Origin: Candidatus Iainarchaeum sp.
GTDB lineage: Archaea > Iainarchaeota > Iainarchaeia > Iainarchaeales > 1-14-0-10-31-34
NCBI GenBank assembly: GCA_040755695.1
Contig: JBFMAK010000001.1
Location: 384,637-448,636, forward strand
Reading direction: 5' to 3'
DNA: 64,000 nt
Shown here: positions 1 to 9,869 of the stretch, one piece after another
How positions within the stretch are numbered: the stretch's first letter is position 1
Layout of the letters: each line of letters opens with the position of its first letter
Notes under the pieces: generated by a model
The model's input: the letters and a program-made list of their open reading frames with translations, nothing else
Databases searched by the model: none
What the model was told of the DNA's origin: nothing
Program-made: the position numbers and the translations under genes

Positions 1-473
1 TTTGTAATTCCGTCTCTCAAACTCAAGCCTAATTTCTTTGCTGTCTCCTGAATGCCTTTCTGCTTTCCCTCGATTTCAAGGTAATAGCCTAAGAAAGGCA
101 GTTTGTCTAACTCAATTCTTGTTTCGCGGAAAACAAATGACTCTCTTATCTTCTCGTATCTGTGCTTTACCTTGAATCCCATTGCTTCAAGCAATGCTTT
201 CATTTCACTGAAATCCGAAACTTTGACTTCAATTTCTTTTCTCACCTTGAATTTCCTGCTGGCATTCCTTGAAGGAATTTTGAGTGTGAGCAGGTTGTAT
301 TCTCTTTTCCTCAGCCTTAAGAGAATTCCCCTTGCTTTTAGTGAATCTTTTTGGTCATCAAAAATAAACCCCTGCTCCAGCCTTTTTCCCACTCTCTTTG
401 CTCTAATCCCTTTCAGTTTCTTTCTCATTTTTGCAGGGCTTCCTACCTTGAATTTTATTTCTGTTTCAAGCAT
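1..473 (-). CDS. CYTH-domain protein (class IV adenylate cyclase-like), 3' end outside window
   Basis: Manual translation, absent from the ORF track: MLETEIKFKV...LLRLRKRE...LTLK...RKEIEVKVSDF...YEKIRESF...IELDKLPFLGYYLEIEG. Contains the ExExK motif and C-terminal CYTH motifs. Confidence 0.85.
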   Translation of the reverse strand, partial: MLETEIKFKVGSPAKMRKKLKGIRAKRVGKRLEQGFIFDDQKDSLKARGILLRLRKREYNLLTLKIPSRNASRKFKVRKEIEVKVSDFSEMKALLEAMGFKVKHRYEKIRESFVFRETRIELDKLPFLGYYLEIEGKQKGIQETAKKLGLSLRDGIT

Positions 474-536
474 TGCTATCCCAAAAAAATAATTGCAGTC
501 TTTATTTTAAACTGATGTCTTATTTTTGACCGTTCG

Positions 537-623
537 CGCTGGAGGCGGGATTTGAACCCGCGAGACCCACGACGGTCTTCTGGGTCTTAAGCCCAGCGTC
601 TTAAAGCGCTCGACCACTCCAGC
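537..623 (-). tRNA. tRNA with UAA anticodon (Leu by anticodon), long variable arm, atypical G73 and D-loop
   Basis: Acceptor GCTGGAG/CTCCAGC-G; anticodon arm CTGGG-CT TAA GA-CCCAG; variable stem AGACC/GGTCT; T-arm GCGGG-TTCAAAT-CCCGC. Confidence 0.85.
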
Positions 624-665
624 ATTACGATAAGTTTAAATAAATTTTATCTTTATAATTTCTTA

Positions 666-714
666 CCACGACGGTCTATTGGGTTTTTAAGCAGGGTGAA
701 TTAATCCGCTCACC
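666..714 (-). repeat. Degenerate partial copy of the adjacent tRNA (variable, anticodon and D region)
   Basis: ccacgacggtctattgggtttttaagc...cgctcacc aligns with ccacgacggtcttctgggtcttaagc...cgctcgacc at 567-615. Confidence 0.6.
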
Positions 715-815
715 CTCTTTTTCTTTATCAGATTTTTTGTTTTGAACTAATTTTAAACTCTTTTGGAAGCATTTTGCCGGTGAAATAAAAAGCTTTTTCT
801 CTTAAAAAATATAAG

Positions 816-1691
816 ATGAAACTCAAGGAAGAGTGCTTTAATCTTTTAGGGCCTGAATTTGTTTTTTCTGGAGTGAATTTCCCTGAAGAGCAGGTTAAAG
901 TAATAATTTACGGTGCCCCACTGGATGCCACAACCTGCGCAAAGCCGGGGGCAAGATATGGACCTAATTCAATCAGGGAGGTTTCAGCAGATTTAGGATC
1001 TTTTGTTTTAAGCAGGAAAATTGACTACTTCGAGAAAACAAAAACACACGACTTGGGAAACATTAGAGTAGAGCATGGCGACGTGCAGGAGACAATTGAA
1101 AGAATAGAGAAAATGAATAAGGCGGTAACTGAAAGAGGGAAAGTGCCTTTCATGCTTGGAGGCGAACACTCAATTTCTTTCGGCGCAGTAAAAGCCTTTG
1201 CTGAAGAAAAGCCTTTGATTGTGGTGTTTGACTCCCATCCTGATTTAATGGAGGACAAGAGGCTTCATCACGGCAGCTGGCTGAGGAAGGCGCTGCAATT
1301 CATCCCGAAAGAGAACGTAATAATACTAGGAATTTTAGGCCCTGCAAAATCAGACTGGCAGTTCATCCAAAAAAATAAAATAAAGTTTTTCACTGCAAGG
1401 GAAGTCAAAAGCAATTTAGAGAAAACAAAAAAGGAATTGGGTTCTTTCACTCAAGGGAAAAAATTTTATTTGAGCCTTGACATTGATGTGCTTGAAGCAG
1501 GGCTTGTTCCTGGAACAGGCTGCCTTGAGCCCGGAGGCCTCTCTTATTTTGAGCTCCTTAAATTGATTGAATCCATTGAAGGAAAAGCTGTTGGAATGGA
1601 TTTAGTGGAAACTGCCCCTGACGCAGAACAGGTAACACAGAGGACAGCAGCAAAACTGTGCTATGAACTATTAGTGCAGGATTTCTTGTGA
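816..1691 (+). CDS. speB: Agmatinase (ureohydrolase family)
   Basis: GARYGP, LGGEHSIS, DSHPD and SLDIDVL...GTG...PGGL motifs. Confidence 0.9.
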   Translation: MKLKEECFNLLGPEFVFSGVNFPEEQVKVIIYGAPLDATTCAKPGARYGPNSIREVSADLGSFVLSRKIDYFEKTKTHDLGNIRVEHGDVQETIERIEKMNKAVTERGKVPFMLGGEHSISFGAVKAFAEEKPLIVVFDSHPDLMEDKRLHHGSWLRKALQFIPKENVIILGILGPAKSDWQFIQKNKIKFFTAREVKSNLEKTKKELGSFTQGKKFYLSLDIDVLEAGLVPGTGCLEPGGLSYFELLKLIESIEGKAVGMDLVETAPDAEQVTQRTAAKLCYELLVQDFL

Positions 1692-1765
1692 ATTAATTTC
1701 GTTTTTTGTCGTTGAATTAAATTTTTAATTATTTGTTTTTCTCATCTTTTTAGAGAGTTGGTTGA

Positions 1766-2080
1766 ATGTCTTATTACTTTGAAGTTATTTCTGTTTTAGG
1801 GAAGAGAATTTATACAACTGAATTCTACTGGCAATTGATTTCTAGGTTCAAACACCCGATAATTAAAGATTATGAAGAAGAAGTGAAAGAAACTTTAAGA
1901 AATGCAGACGAAATAAGACAAAGTAAAACTGACAGCTCAGTGCACTTGTATTATAAAAAGTTCGGCAAGTATTTTTTATGTGTACTAATAAAGAATTTAA
2001 ATGATGAAGGATTCATTGTCACAGCTTATCTTTCAAACAATGTTAAAAAAGGAGAAATAATATGGAAAAAGAAATTTTAA
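1766..2080 (+). CDS. Putative toxin, DUF4258/RelE-like fold
   Basis: KHP...ETL..ADEIRQS..D..V.LYYK...GFIVTAY pattern; overlaps a DUF2283-like gene. Confidence 0.65.
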   Translation: MSYYFEVISVLGKRIYTTEFYWQLISRFKHPIIKDYEEEVKETLRNADEIRQSKTDSSVHLYYKKFGKYFLCVLIKNLNDEGFIVTAYLSNNVKKGEIIWKKKF

Positions 2081-2277
2081 TGGTACTAGACAGAAAGGGG
2101 AATACCTTGGATGTATGGTTTGGAAAACCAAGAAAAGCAATATGCGATGAAGTAACTGAAGGATTCTTGATTAAAAAAGACATGAAAACAAATGAAGTAA
2201 TCGGCTTTGAGAAAATGAATTTTGTTTTAAAAGGAAAAAAGCCAGAAATAAAACTATTGGTTAAATCAAAAAATTGA
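2062..2277 (+). CDS. DUF2283-like putative antitoxin
   Basis: D..GNTLDVWFG...LIKKD...EVIGFE pattern; overlaps the upstream gene. Confidence 0.7.
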   Translation: MEKEILMVLDRKGNTLDVWFGKPRKAICDEVTEGFLIKKDMKTNEVIGFEKMNFVLKGKKPEIKLLVKSKN

Positions 2278-3636
2278 TTAAAGCCCTTCAACATCAAATC
2301 CTTCGATGCTTGTGCAAGGAGTAATTTCTCCGCGCAAATTCTTTCCTATCAATTCTTTTGCTTCTTCTTTGGGATAATTGCCTAAAAGCCATGCCAGTTT
2401 GATGAAGGCTGTTTCTGGAGTCATATCTTCCCCTGGAAGAACGCCTGCTGCGAGAAGATCCTTTCCATTGCTGTACACACTCATTTGAATTCTCCCGTAA
2501 ATTGTCTGCGATGCCATTACAACAACGCAGCCTTTGTTCACCAGCTTTTTTATTTCTTCAAGGATTTTTGAGTGCAGTTCAGTGCCCTCAGCCTTTGTTC
2601 CGATGGGGGCATGGCCTAATCCTGTTCCCTCAATGACAAGCCCTTTGTAGTTGTGTTTCTCATAGAATTCAAATTCTTCAGGGAACATGTTGGGGTGCAC
2701 TTTAATTAATCCAACCTTTTCTTCCATTGAATCCCTTAATTTTAACTGCCTTCCTTCCTCCTTTTTCGTGAAGTTCTTTTCAATAAATTCAATTTTTCGT
2801 GTATTATAATCAATTGAAGCTATTGGCTTTACGTTAATGGGCTTGAATGCGTCCCTCCTCGAAGAATGCATTTTTCTTGCCTTGCATCCATTCAAAATCA
2901 AACAGCTTTTGTTGTCAGGCTTTTCGTGCATGCAAATGCCTACACCTGCATAATCGCTTTGGGCAATGAATTCTGCTGCGCAAACCAAATTCATTGCTGC
3001 ATCAGAACTTCCACGGTCTGAACTTCTCTGTGCTCCAACAAGAATTATTGGAGCATTCAGGCCTTCAAGAATGAATGAAAGCGCAGCAGAAGTATAATGC
3101 AGGGTGTCAGTACCATGCCCTACTATTACCCCCTTTGCCCCATTCCTTAATTCTTCTTCTATTGCCCTTGCAATCTTCCTGTAATGAATAAAACGAATAT
3201 CTTCAGAGAAAAGATTTGAAATAAATTTTGATTCAATGTTCGCAATTCTTGCCAGTTCAGGCACTTGCTCTAATAATTGCTCTGGCTCAATTGAAGCGCT
3301 TACAGCTCCTGTTCTATAATCAATCCTTGAGGCAATAGTGCCTCCTGTGTGAAGTATTGCAATCTTCGGCAGCATTGCATTGAATTCAACTCTCTTCTCC
3401 TCTTTCTTTTCTTTCACTATCTCAATTCTTGCTTCACCTTTCTTTTCAATCCTTGTAATCCTCTCTGTCTTTATTCCAATGTTATAACCATTCTTTAATT
3501 TCAGCACGAGAATTTGAGGGTTGTTGGATTCCATTATTGTCCCGGAGAACTCTTCGTCCTGGGTGGACACTTCAACTTCATCCAGTTCCGAGACATTGAA
3601 CTTAGAGTACAATTCCTTCAAGTGCATTTCTTTCAC
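2278..3636 (-). CDS. gatD: Glutamyl-tRNA(Gln) amidotransferase subunit D
   Basis: LKLKNGYNIG N-domain, HTGGTIAS, HGTDT, GAQRSSDRGSSD, KMHSSRRDAF. Confidence 0.96.
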   Translation of the reverse strand: MKEMHLKELYSKFNVSELDEVEVSTQDEEFSGTIMESNNPQILVLKLKNGYNIGIKTERITRIEKKGEARIEIVKEKKEEKRVEFNAMLPKIAILHTGGTIASRIDYRTGAVSASIEPEQLLEQVPELARIANIESKFISNLFSEDIRFIHYRKIARAIEEELRNGAKGVIVGHGTDTLHYTSAALSFILEGLNAPIILVGAQRSSDRGSSDAAMNLVCAAEFIAQSDYAGVGICMHEKPDNKSCLILNGCKARKMHSSRRDAFKPINVKPIASIDYNTRKIEFIEKNFTKKEEGRQLKLRDSMEEKVGLIKVHPNMFPEEFEFYEKHNYKGLVIEGTGLGHAPIGTKAEGTELHSKILEEIKKLVNKGCVVVMASQTIYGRIQMSVYSNGKDLLAAGVLPGEDMTPETAFIKLAWLLGNYPKEEAKELIGKNLRGEITPCTSIEGFDVEGL

Positions 3637-3669
3637 TATATAAAAAACTTATGCAATTGTATAAAAAAC

Positions 3670-4395
3670 TTATACGCTTGAGAGTTCGAAAGAAATTCTC
3701 TCTTTGTCTTTGCCTTTTGAGTCCTTGCCTAAAATTTTAATGAAACCTATTTCAACAGTATTTTTCACGTGTGTTCCAGCGCAAGGGCATTTATCGTAAT
3801 CTTCAATTTCCACAACCCTGATGTCTTTCACGCTTTCAGGAAGCGAAGCAAAAAGCCTTCTTCTTTTTTCTTCCACCTCCTCTAAAACTTTCTCTCTTGT
3901 GCTCCAGTAAATCCTGATTTCCTTTTCTTGCCTTACTGCTTCATCAAATTTCTGCTTTAATTTTTCAAGCATTTCCTGCGAGAATTTGATTGGATGGAAG
4001 TCCATTCTCGAGACTTTCTCGTGAATCTGGTTGCCTGCAGTAGAAGCACCATAAAGGTCTAATATGATAGCTGAAAGCAAGTGCTGGGCTGAATGCATTC
4101 TCATCATTGAATGCCTTCTCTCCCAATCCAGAAATAATTTAACTTCAGCGCCTTTTTCTGGAAGCAAACCTTCAATGAAGTGCTTTATTCTTCCTGCCTC
4201 TTTTTTTGCTGCTTTCACTCTGGATTTAATTCTTTTGAATTCAATGGACCCTGAATCCGATTCCTGGCCTCCACCTTCTGGGTAGAAGATCGTTGCATCC
4301 AATTCAATCCATTTCTCTCCTGCATTCACTTCAATTACTTTTGCTTTTGCTTCTTTCAAATAAGAGTCTTCAAGGAACAATTGCTTTGTTGCCAT
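3670..4395 (-). CDS. alaX: Alanyl-tRNA editing protein AlaX
   Basis: TIFYPEGGGQ, MRMHSAQHLL and CPCAGTHV motifs; start trimmed to MATKQLFLEDSY. Confidence 0.9.
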   Translation of the reverse strand: MATKQLFLEDSYLKEAKAKVIEVNAGEKWIELDATIFYPEGGGQESDSGSIEFKRIKSRVKAAKKEAGRIKHFIEGLLPEKGAEVKLFLDWERRHSMMRMHSAQHLLSAIILDLYGASTAGNQIHEKVSRMDFHPIKFSQEMLEKLKQKFDEAVRQEKEIRIYWSTREKVLEEVEEKRRRLFASLPESVKDIRVVEIEDYDKCPCAGTHVKNTVEIGFIKILGKDSKGKDKERISFELSSV

Positions 4396-4397
4396 GT

Positions 4398-4664
4398 TTA
4401 CCTTCTTTTCCTTTTTTTTCCTACGAGCCCGCGCGTCTCCCACACTAATAGTTTTCTCAGGATGTATCCAATGCCTAGAACGAAAATAAGGATGAGTGCT
4501 GCCTGCCAGTAATTGCCTGCCCTGAAGAAGTAGTCCCTGAATTCGCCCAAGTAATTGCCGAAAGCCACTGAAGCATATACAACCAGAAAGAATGCCATCA
4601 GAAAGAAAAGCAATTTAATTGCAAAATTCAATTCCTTTAATAGAACGCTGCTCATTTTTCTCAC
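4398..4664 (-). CDS. Small two-TM membrane protein
   Basis: Two hydrophobic segments and a basic tail; packed between neighbouring genes. Confidence 0.6.
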   Translation of the reverse strand: MRKMSSVLLKELNFAIKLLFFLMAFFLVVYASVAFGNYLGEFRDYFFRAGNYWQAALILIFVLGIGYILRKLLVWETRGLVGKKRKRR

Positions 4665-5005
4665 ACAATTCTTCTAAGCCTTAATTTGCGTTTTTTCGCT
4701 TTTGTGGAACCTTTTATATTTTTTGATCCGAGATGACCTTCCCATAGTGCCATGTCAGCCATATTAAAAGATTTTTTTGTAATTTCCCTTAATATTGTTT
4801 GATTTATTTTTAGTTGTTTTCCTTCGTTTCTGGCTGCACAGAAGTCATGGAAAAGCCACTTAAAAACTTGCTTTATTACCTTTTCTTTTTTTATAAGGCT
4901 TTTTTGAGTAAGTTCGTCGGCGTAACTTGTGATTTCTTTTAGATTAGGCTTTCCTAAACTATTAAGCCATATCTTGAATTCTTTTCTCATTTCTTTCGGG
5001 CTCAT
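4661..5005 (-). CDS. Hypothetical basic protein
   Basis: ORF with GAGG upstream; K/R-rich C-terminus. Confidence 0.55.
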   Translation of the reverse strand: MSPKEMRKEFKIWLNSLGKPNLKEITSYADELTQKSLIKKEKVIKQVFKWLFHDFCAARNEGKQLKINQTILREITKKSFNMADMALWEGHLGSKNIKGSTKAKKRKLRLRRIV

Positions 5006-5031
5006 TTTAATTCCTCTTCATATTTAATAAT

Positions 5032-6894
5032 TTAGAGTTCCTCCCTTATTTCTGTTGTTTGCACGTGCTTCTGTTGTTCGTACATTTTAATTATTTCTTT
5101 TTCTGTTGTGGCTTCCTCGGGCTTCCTGTCAACCCTAATCGAAATCATTCTCGGAAACCTCAAGGCGAAGCCTAATTCTTTTGTCTTGCCTGCAGTGTGA
5201 ACAGGGCTTTTAGTAATCTCGTCTGCTCTCACTTCAATGACATACTTTGGTTCAACCCAGAAGTCTGGCTCCAGTTCAGAATTAACTCTCGCAGGCTTGT
5301 GCGAAGCCTTTATTTTGCTCAGTATTTTCTCTAATTCAATCATTTTTTCTTCTGTCATTCCTGTTCCAATCTTTGCAATGCTCTTGAACTCGTCTTTTTT
5401 GTCATCGTACACTGCAGTGAGCAATGCGCCTAGGCCGAATTGGGTTCTCTTTCCTCTTCCCTTGTAGTATCCAATAATTACTGCGTCCACTGTGTCGCTT
5501 AATTCCCCTTTATAGGAACGCTTTAGTTTAATCCAGGCGAATTTTCTTGCTCCAGCAATGTATTTTGCGTTCAGGTCTTTTGCTATGATGCCTTCAAGGC
5601 CTCTCTGCACGCATTCCTCGAAAAAGGCATTGATTTTTTTTGGGTCGTCTGTTACAATTGATTCTGTAAGCTCTATTGTTTCGCCTTTCTTTATTATTTC
5701 TTCCAACAGCTTTCTTCTTTCTTTGAATGGCTCGTTCATGAAATTCTTTCCGTTAAGCATCATTACATCGAACACGAAAAGTTTTAATGGGAACTCCTTT
5801 GCCTTCTCCCCTATCTCGTATTTTCTTTTCCTTTGGATTGTCACCTGGAACGGAAAGAATTCTCCTGTCTCCTCGTTTACTGCAAGGGCTTCACCTTCTA
5901 TTACTGCGGCCTCTGCCTTCAACTGCTTTTTCACTCCTTCAACTATTTCAGGGAACATTTCTGTCATGTTCTCCTGCTGCCTTGAAAAAATAATTATTTT
6001 GTCTTTGTTTTTGTGCACAGCCAACCTAAATCCATCGTATTTTGCTTCTACAGCACATTTCCCTATTTTCTCCAAGATCTCTTCTGCTGAAGGCAGCCTT
6101 TCTGCTAAGGTCGGCCTTATTGGAATTCCAGGCTCAATTGAAATCTTCTCCAATCCACCTAACCCCTTTTCTTTTAGAATGCGTGCTATTTCGCCTAAAT
6201 CAGAATAAATATTGTATTTCTCTTCTATCCTTTCTCTTAAGGCAACCTTTATTCTCCTGTTCAATTCTTCATTCCATTCCTTTTCCTTTATTTTTTTGTC
6301 TTTCATTTGGGCTTCAATCCTTTTCACTAATTCCTTTTCCTTTTTTCCTTCCTCCACCAAGCTCAAGGCAAAGGAATCCATTATTGTTGGATCGCCAATC
6401 CCAAGCCTTAAATTTTCCAAGGGAATTCGCGCAATGAATTTTGCTTCCAGTGGAAGAGCAGAATTCAATAGTTCTGCCATAAGCTTCAATTTGAGTTCCT
6501 GACTTCCTGGGCCTTCTGCTTTAGCAATTTTCAATAAATTATCAAAAACTTTTTTCACGCTCAATTTCTCTTGAAATAAAGAAGACTGCTTTTTCTTTGC
6601 AACAAGGGCTTCTGCCACAAGGCCCAGATCGCCTTTCTCTTTGAACTGCTTTTCTATTTCATGCCTTGTGTAGCCTGAAGCCTTTGCAAGGGCATCCATC
6701 AACAGTTTTTCTCCTAAACCTGCCTCAACCTTTGCATAATTAGGCCCAAGCTGGCCTTGAGAAAGATAGACAACATTCTTTATGTTCTCCGAGTCAGTTT
6801 TACTGAATAATTCTGCAAGCAGGTCAGTCATCTTCAAGCGCTCTGAAGCCCTTTCAATCTTGTCAAAGTATTCAGCCAGCAATTCAAAATGCAT
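5032..6894 (-). CDS. lig: ATP-dependent DNA ligase
   Basis: EAKYDGFR adenylation motif, EGIIAK, WIKLK, LRFPR. Confidence 0.97.
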   Translation of the reverse strand: MHFELLAEYFDKIERASERLKMTDLLAELFSKTDSENIKNVVYLSQGQLGPNYAKVEAGLGEKLLMDALAKASGYTRHEIEKQFKEKGDLGLVAEALVAKKKQSSLFQEKLSVKKVFDNLLKIAKAEGPGSQELKLKLMAELLNSALPLEAKFIARIPLENLRLGIGDPTIMDSFALSLVEEGKKEKELVKRIEAQMKDKKIKEKEWNEELNRRIKVALRERIEEKYNIYSDLGEIARILKEKGLGGLEKISIEPGIPIRPTLAERLPSAEEILEKIGKCAVEAKYDGFRLAVHKNKDKIIIFSRQQENMTEMFPEIVEGVKKQLKAEAAVIEGEALAVNEETGEFFPFQVTIQRKRKYEIGEKAKEFPLKLFVFDVMMLNGKNFMNEPFKERRKLLEEIIKKGETIELTESIVTDDPKKINAFFEECVQRGLEGIIAKDLNAKYIAGARKFAWIKLKRSYKGELSDTVDAVIIGYYKGRGKRTQFGLGALLTAVYDDKKDEFKSIAKIGTGMTEEKMIELEKILSKIKASHKPARVNSELEPDFWVEPKYVIEVRADEITKSPVHTAGKTKELGFALRFPRMISIRVDRKPEEATTEKEIIKMYEQQKHVQTTEIREEL

Positions 6895-6961
6895 AATAAA
6901 ATTACGCTTCTCTGATTTAAAACAGTTAGCTTTAAATTAAAGAAAAACCCTATTCTAATTT

Positions 6962-7684
6962 ATGGCGAAAATAATTCTGGTCGTGAATGTTCATCCATCC
7001 GAAACAGCATTCACAGTGCCTTTGGCTACTTACTTAAAATCAAATCTAAAAAGAAGAGGGCACGAAGTAGAAATTATTGGGGTGCCGCCAAAAAAGACTA
7101 TTTTGTATCAAGTGCAGGAAGCCGCAAAAGCAGGAACTAAAATTCCTTATCATTCCATGTTTGAACCTTCAGATGAATTTATTGTGAAGTTAGCGTCACA
7201 AAATCCTAAGTCATATATTTTTGACATTCATTGTGGCCCTCATTATTATTTAAACAGAAATAACAAAAAAATCAAAAGAGTATCAGCTGGCCTTTTAGAT
7301 CCTAATAGTCCTGGTTATCCTCCTTTAAATAGGGACAAAAAAAATATTGAAATAACCCCTTACAGCTTTTATCCTCCAAATTATTTTTGTGTTGAGGCTA
7401 TCGCCGTATTTAAAGAAGCTCCAGAAAAACTAAAAGCATTATTAAAAAGCATTAAGTGTCAGGGTTTGATATTTAAAGACCCCGAACTTTGGTTTGGAAA
7501 AATTGTAGACTTGAAAACTACCAGAAAAGCAGGCTATTTGTCTGACACAATTGTCAGAAAAGTTGCACACCAAATAGACAGTTTAGTTCAGACAAGAGAA
7601 GGAAGATACAGGAAAATTAATCTGAGATTAAGAAGACTGCGCGATAAAAGAAAAATTAAGCGCCAGAAAAAATTCAGAATTTAA
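6962..7684 (+). CDS. Hypothetical protein with Arg/Lys-rich C-terminus
   Basis: 240 aa ORF; no family confidently recognised. Confidence 0.6.
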   Translation: MAKIILVVNVHPSETAFTVPLATYLKSNLKRRGHEVEIIGVPPKKTILYQVQEAAKAGTKIPYHSMFEPSDEFIVKLASQNPKSYIFDIHCGPHYYLNRNNKKIKRVSAGLLDPNSPGYPPLNRDKKNIEITPYSFYPPNYFCVEAIAVFKEAPEKLKALLKSIKCQGLIFKDPELWFGKIVDLKTTRKAGYLSDTIVRKVAHQIDSLVQTREGRYRKINLRLRRLRDKRKIKRQKKFRI

Positions 7685-8899
7685 TTGTCTTTAAGAAGCC
7701 ATTTCCACGCAGGCTTTACTGTTATTTTTTTGTTTTCTATTCTTAATTCATCTTCTTGGTCGTATGCCAGTATTAAGCCCTCCTTTAACTTGAATTTTTC
7801 CATTGCTTCCATTATTCCATTAATCTCTCTTTCTTTGTTGTCTTCATCAACTTTAAAGCACACCTGAATTGCCTTTGTAATTTTTTCTTTTTCTTTTACA
7901 AGGAAATTGCATTCGTTTTTTTCCTTAAAATAAAAAATATCATTATATTTTTTTCTTAATTGAATAAAAACCAAATTTTCAAGCATTCTTCCATTGTCTG
8001 CCGAGAAAGAAGCTGAATTAACAGTGGATAATCCATTGTCTATGGAGTAAACTTTTTTTGCACTGACTAATTGTTTTTTAAGTGAGTAATCAAATCTTGG
8101 AACTGTAAATAAAAGATAGCTGTCTTCAAAATAGGAAATAAATGAGATGGCAGTGTTTACTGAACCTAAGTTAAAGGTCTTTTTTAGGCTGTTGTAAGAA
8201 AATTCTTTGCCGACATTTGTAAGCAGGTATATAGCCATTTCCTTTACTGTTTTTAGGTTCTTTAATTTATATCTTACCATAATGTCTCTTGCAATTATAT
8301 CATTCAATAATTCTTGCAATATTTCAGATTTGTCGTATTTGAGATATTCAGGAAAGCCTCCTTTAATGAGATAACCTTCAAAAGAACTTAAATCAGCTTT
8401 TTTGCCAGTAAACGTCAAGAATTCCTTAAAAGAAAATGGAAAAAGTTCACAACGCAAATGTCTCCCGGTAAGTCTTGTTCCCAATTCTTTGCTAAGAAGA
8501 GATGCATTAGAACCAGTAATGACAACATATTTTTTTTTTATCTAGAATTGCCCTTACAAAAAGCTCCCATTTACCAACATTTTGAATCTCATCAAAAAAA
8601 TAATAATTACTTTTGCCGAATTCTTCCACAAAAACTTCATTAAGTTTTTGAAAATCTCTTACATCAAAATCAACAGTTCTAGGATCCTCAAAATTAAAAT
8701 AATATGACTTCTTTATTTTTTTCATTAACTGCCTTAATAAAGTGCTTTTCCCGCATCTTCTGGCCCCAGACATGACTAACGCAAAGGAGGCCCTTAAATC
8801 TATTTGTTTGAGTTTTTCTCGTTCTATTCCATAATCACTTTTCAAAATCTCGGTATTCTGTGTTTTAACTATGCTTCTTAAGGTTTCTTTCAACATCAT
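7681..8899 (-). pseudogene. AAA+ ATPase (AAA_14/DUF4143), frameshifted at an A10 run
   Basis: 5' ORF has GARRCGKS and FFDEIQ; 3' ORF has LTGRH and GGFPE. Removing one A from the A10 run (8530-8539) restores DKKKYVVITGSNASLL. Confidence 0.88.
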
Positions 8900-9136
8900 A
8901 ATAATATATGTTCAATATCAGTATATAAATCTTTTCATTACTAATGAAAACTTATGTTCATTTTAAATGAACAACTTTGCCGCACGTAAAAAATTAGCTT
9001 TTTTGCCTTTTACAAACAGTTATGTTATTCCCAACAATTACTTTAAAATGGGTTCGCATTAAATAATTCTATTGATTTAAAATGCAAAGTGAGCTACTTC
9101 CACTGCCAAAAACATGCTAATTCTCTTAATCCAAGC

Positions 9137-9189
9137 CTTTTCTCTTTTAAAAAAAGAGAAAAGTCTACGGTCTATCCAAAAGAGAAAAA
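9137..9189 (+). repeat. Y-R-R triplex-type repeat, copy A (intergenic)
   Basis: CTTTTCTCTTTT / AAAAAAAGAGAAAAG / loop TCTACGGTCTATCC / AAAAGAGAAAAA. Confidence 0.8.
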
Positions 9190-9320
9190 TAAATTTGTAA
9201 TTAATAATTCAATTATCAATAAAAACAATTGCAACGAATTAATTCTTACTTCAAAAGCGAAGCAAGTACTACCAAGCAAAGCGCAGGTAGTACACCGGCG
9301 TCAACTGACTGAACGGTTGA

Positions 9321-9502
9321 GGGGTTGTAGTCTAGCCTGGTCAGGACTCTGGCTTTGGGACGGACCCTTTTCTTTTTTAGAAAAAAAGAAAAGTGTTACG
9401 TTATCCCAAAAGAAAAAAGGGGTTAGTTACCCCAAAAAAGAAAGGGATTGTTTTTTGTCCGCAAGAAAGCCAGTAACGGGGGTTCAAATCCTCCCAACCC
9501 CA
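9321..9502 (+). tRNA. tRNA-Pro(TGG) with 108-nt intron (9360-9467) at 37/38
   Basis: Acceptor GGGGTTG/CAACCCC-A; anticodon stem CTGGC/GCCAG. BHB: TTTG pairs with CAAG, outer helix CGGAC/GTCCG. Intron contains repeat copy B (9367-9418). Confidence 0.93.
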
Positions 9503-9576
9503 CTCGAACCATTAAATGGTTCAATATTACAGCAATTCAATAATGCACGTAGTGCCAGCTGCCAATAGCAGCTGTA

Positions 9577-9604
9577 GGAGGTATCGGAACCGCAAGGTTC
9601 TGAT
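9577..9604 (+). repeat. REP-like hairpin repeat, copy 1
   Basis: GGAGGT-ATCGGAACC-GCAA-GGTTCTGAT; recurs at 17544 and 26338 (-). Confidence 0.8.
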
Positions 9605-9606
9605 TT

Positions 9607-9766
9607 GCGGAGGTGGCGGAGTGGTCCAACGCACCAGCTTGGAGCCTGCCCCTTTTTCTTTTTAAAAAAAAGAAAAAGCGGCAAGTTGCCGGAAAAAGAA
9701 AAAGGTTTTGGTGGCCGGATAGCTGGCGAGCGCAAGCTCACGCGAGTTCGAATCTCGTCCTCCGCG
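9607..9766 (+). tRNA. tRNA-Ser(GGA) with 76-nt intron (9645-9720) at 37/38
   Basis: Acceptor GCGGAGG/CCTCCGC-G; anticodon stem CCAGC/GCTGG; variable arm GAGC-GCAA-GCTC. BHB TTGG/CCGG plus CTGCC/GGTGG. Intron contains repeat copy C (9652-9704). Confidence 0.92.
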
Positions 9767-9772
9767 TCCGCC

Positions 9773-9855
9773 CTTTTTCTTTCTTTCCAAAAGAAAGAAA
9801 AAGTGCAGGTTGCCCAAAAAGAAAGAAAGCGGCAAGTTGCCCAAAAGAAAAAAAA
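9773..9855 (+). repeat. Y-R-R triplex-type repeat, copy D, with an extra loop+purine unit
   Basis: CTTTTTCTTTCTTT / AAAAGAAAGAAAAAG / TGCAGGTTGCCC / AAAAAGAAAGAAAG / CGGCAAGTTGCCC / AAAAGAAAA. Confidence 0.8.
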
Positions 9856-9869
9856 TAAAGTTGCAGTTG

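Noticed and set aside
103..492. Plus-strand 129 aa ORF
   Set aside because: Antisense shadow of the CYTH gene on the minus strand.
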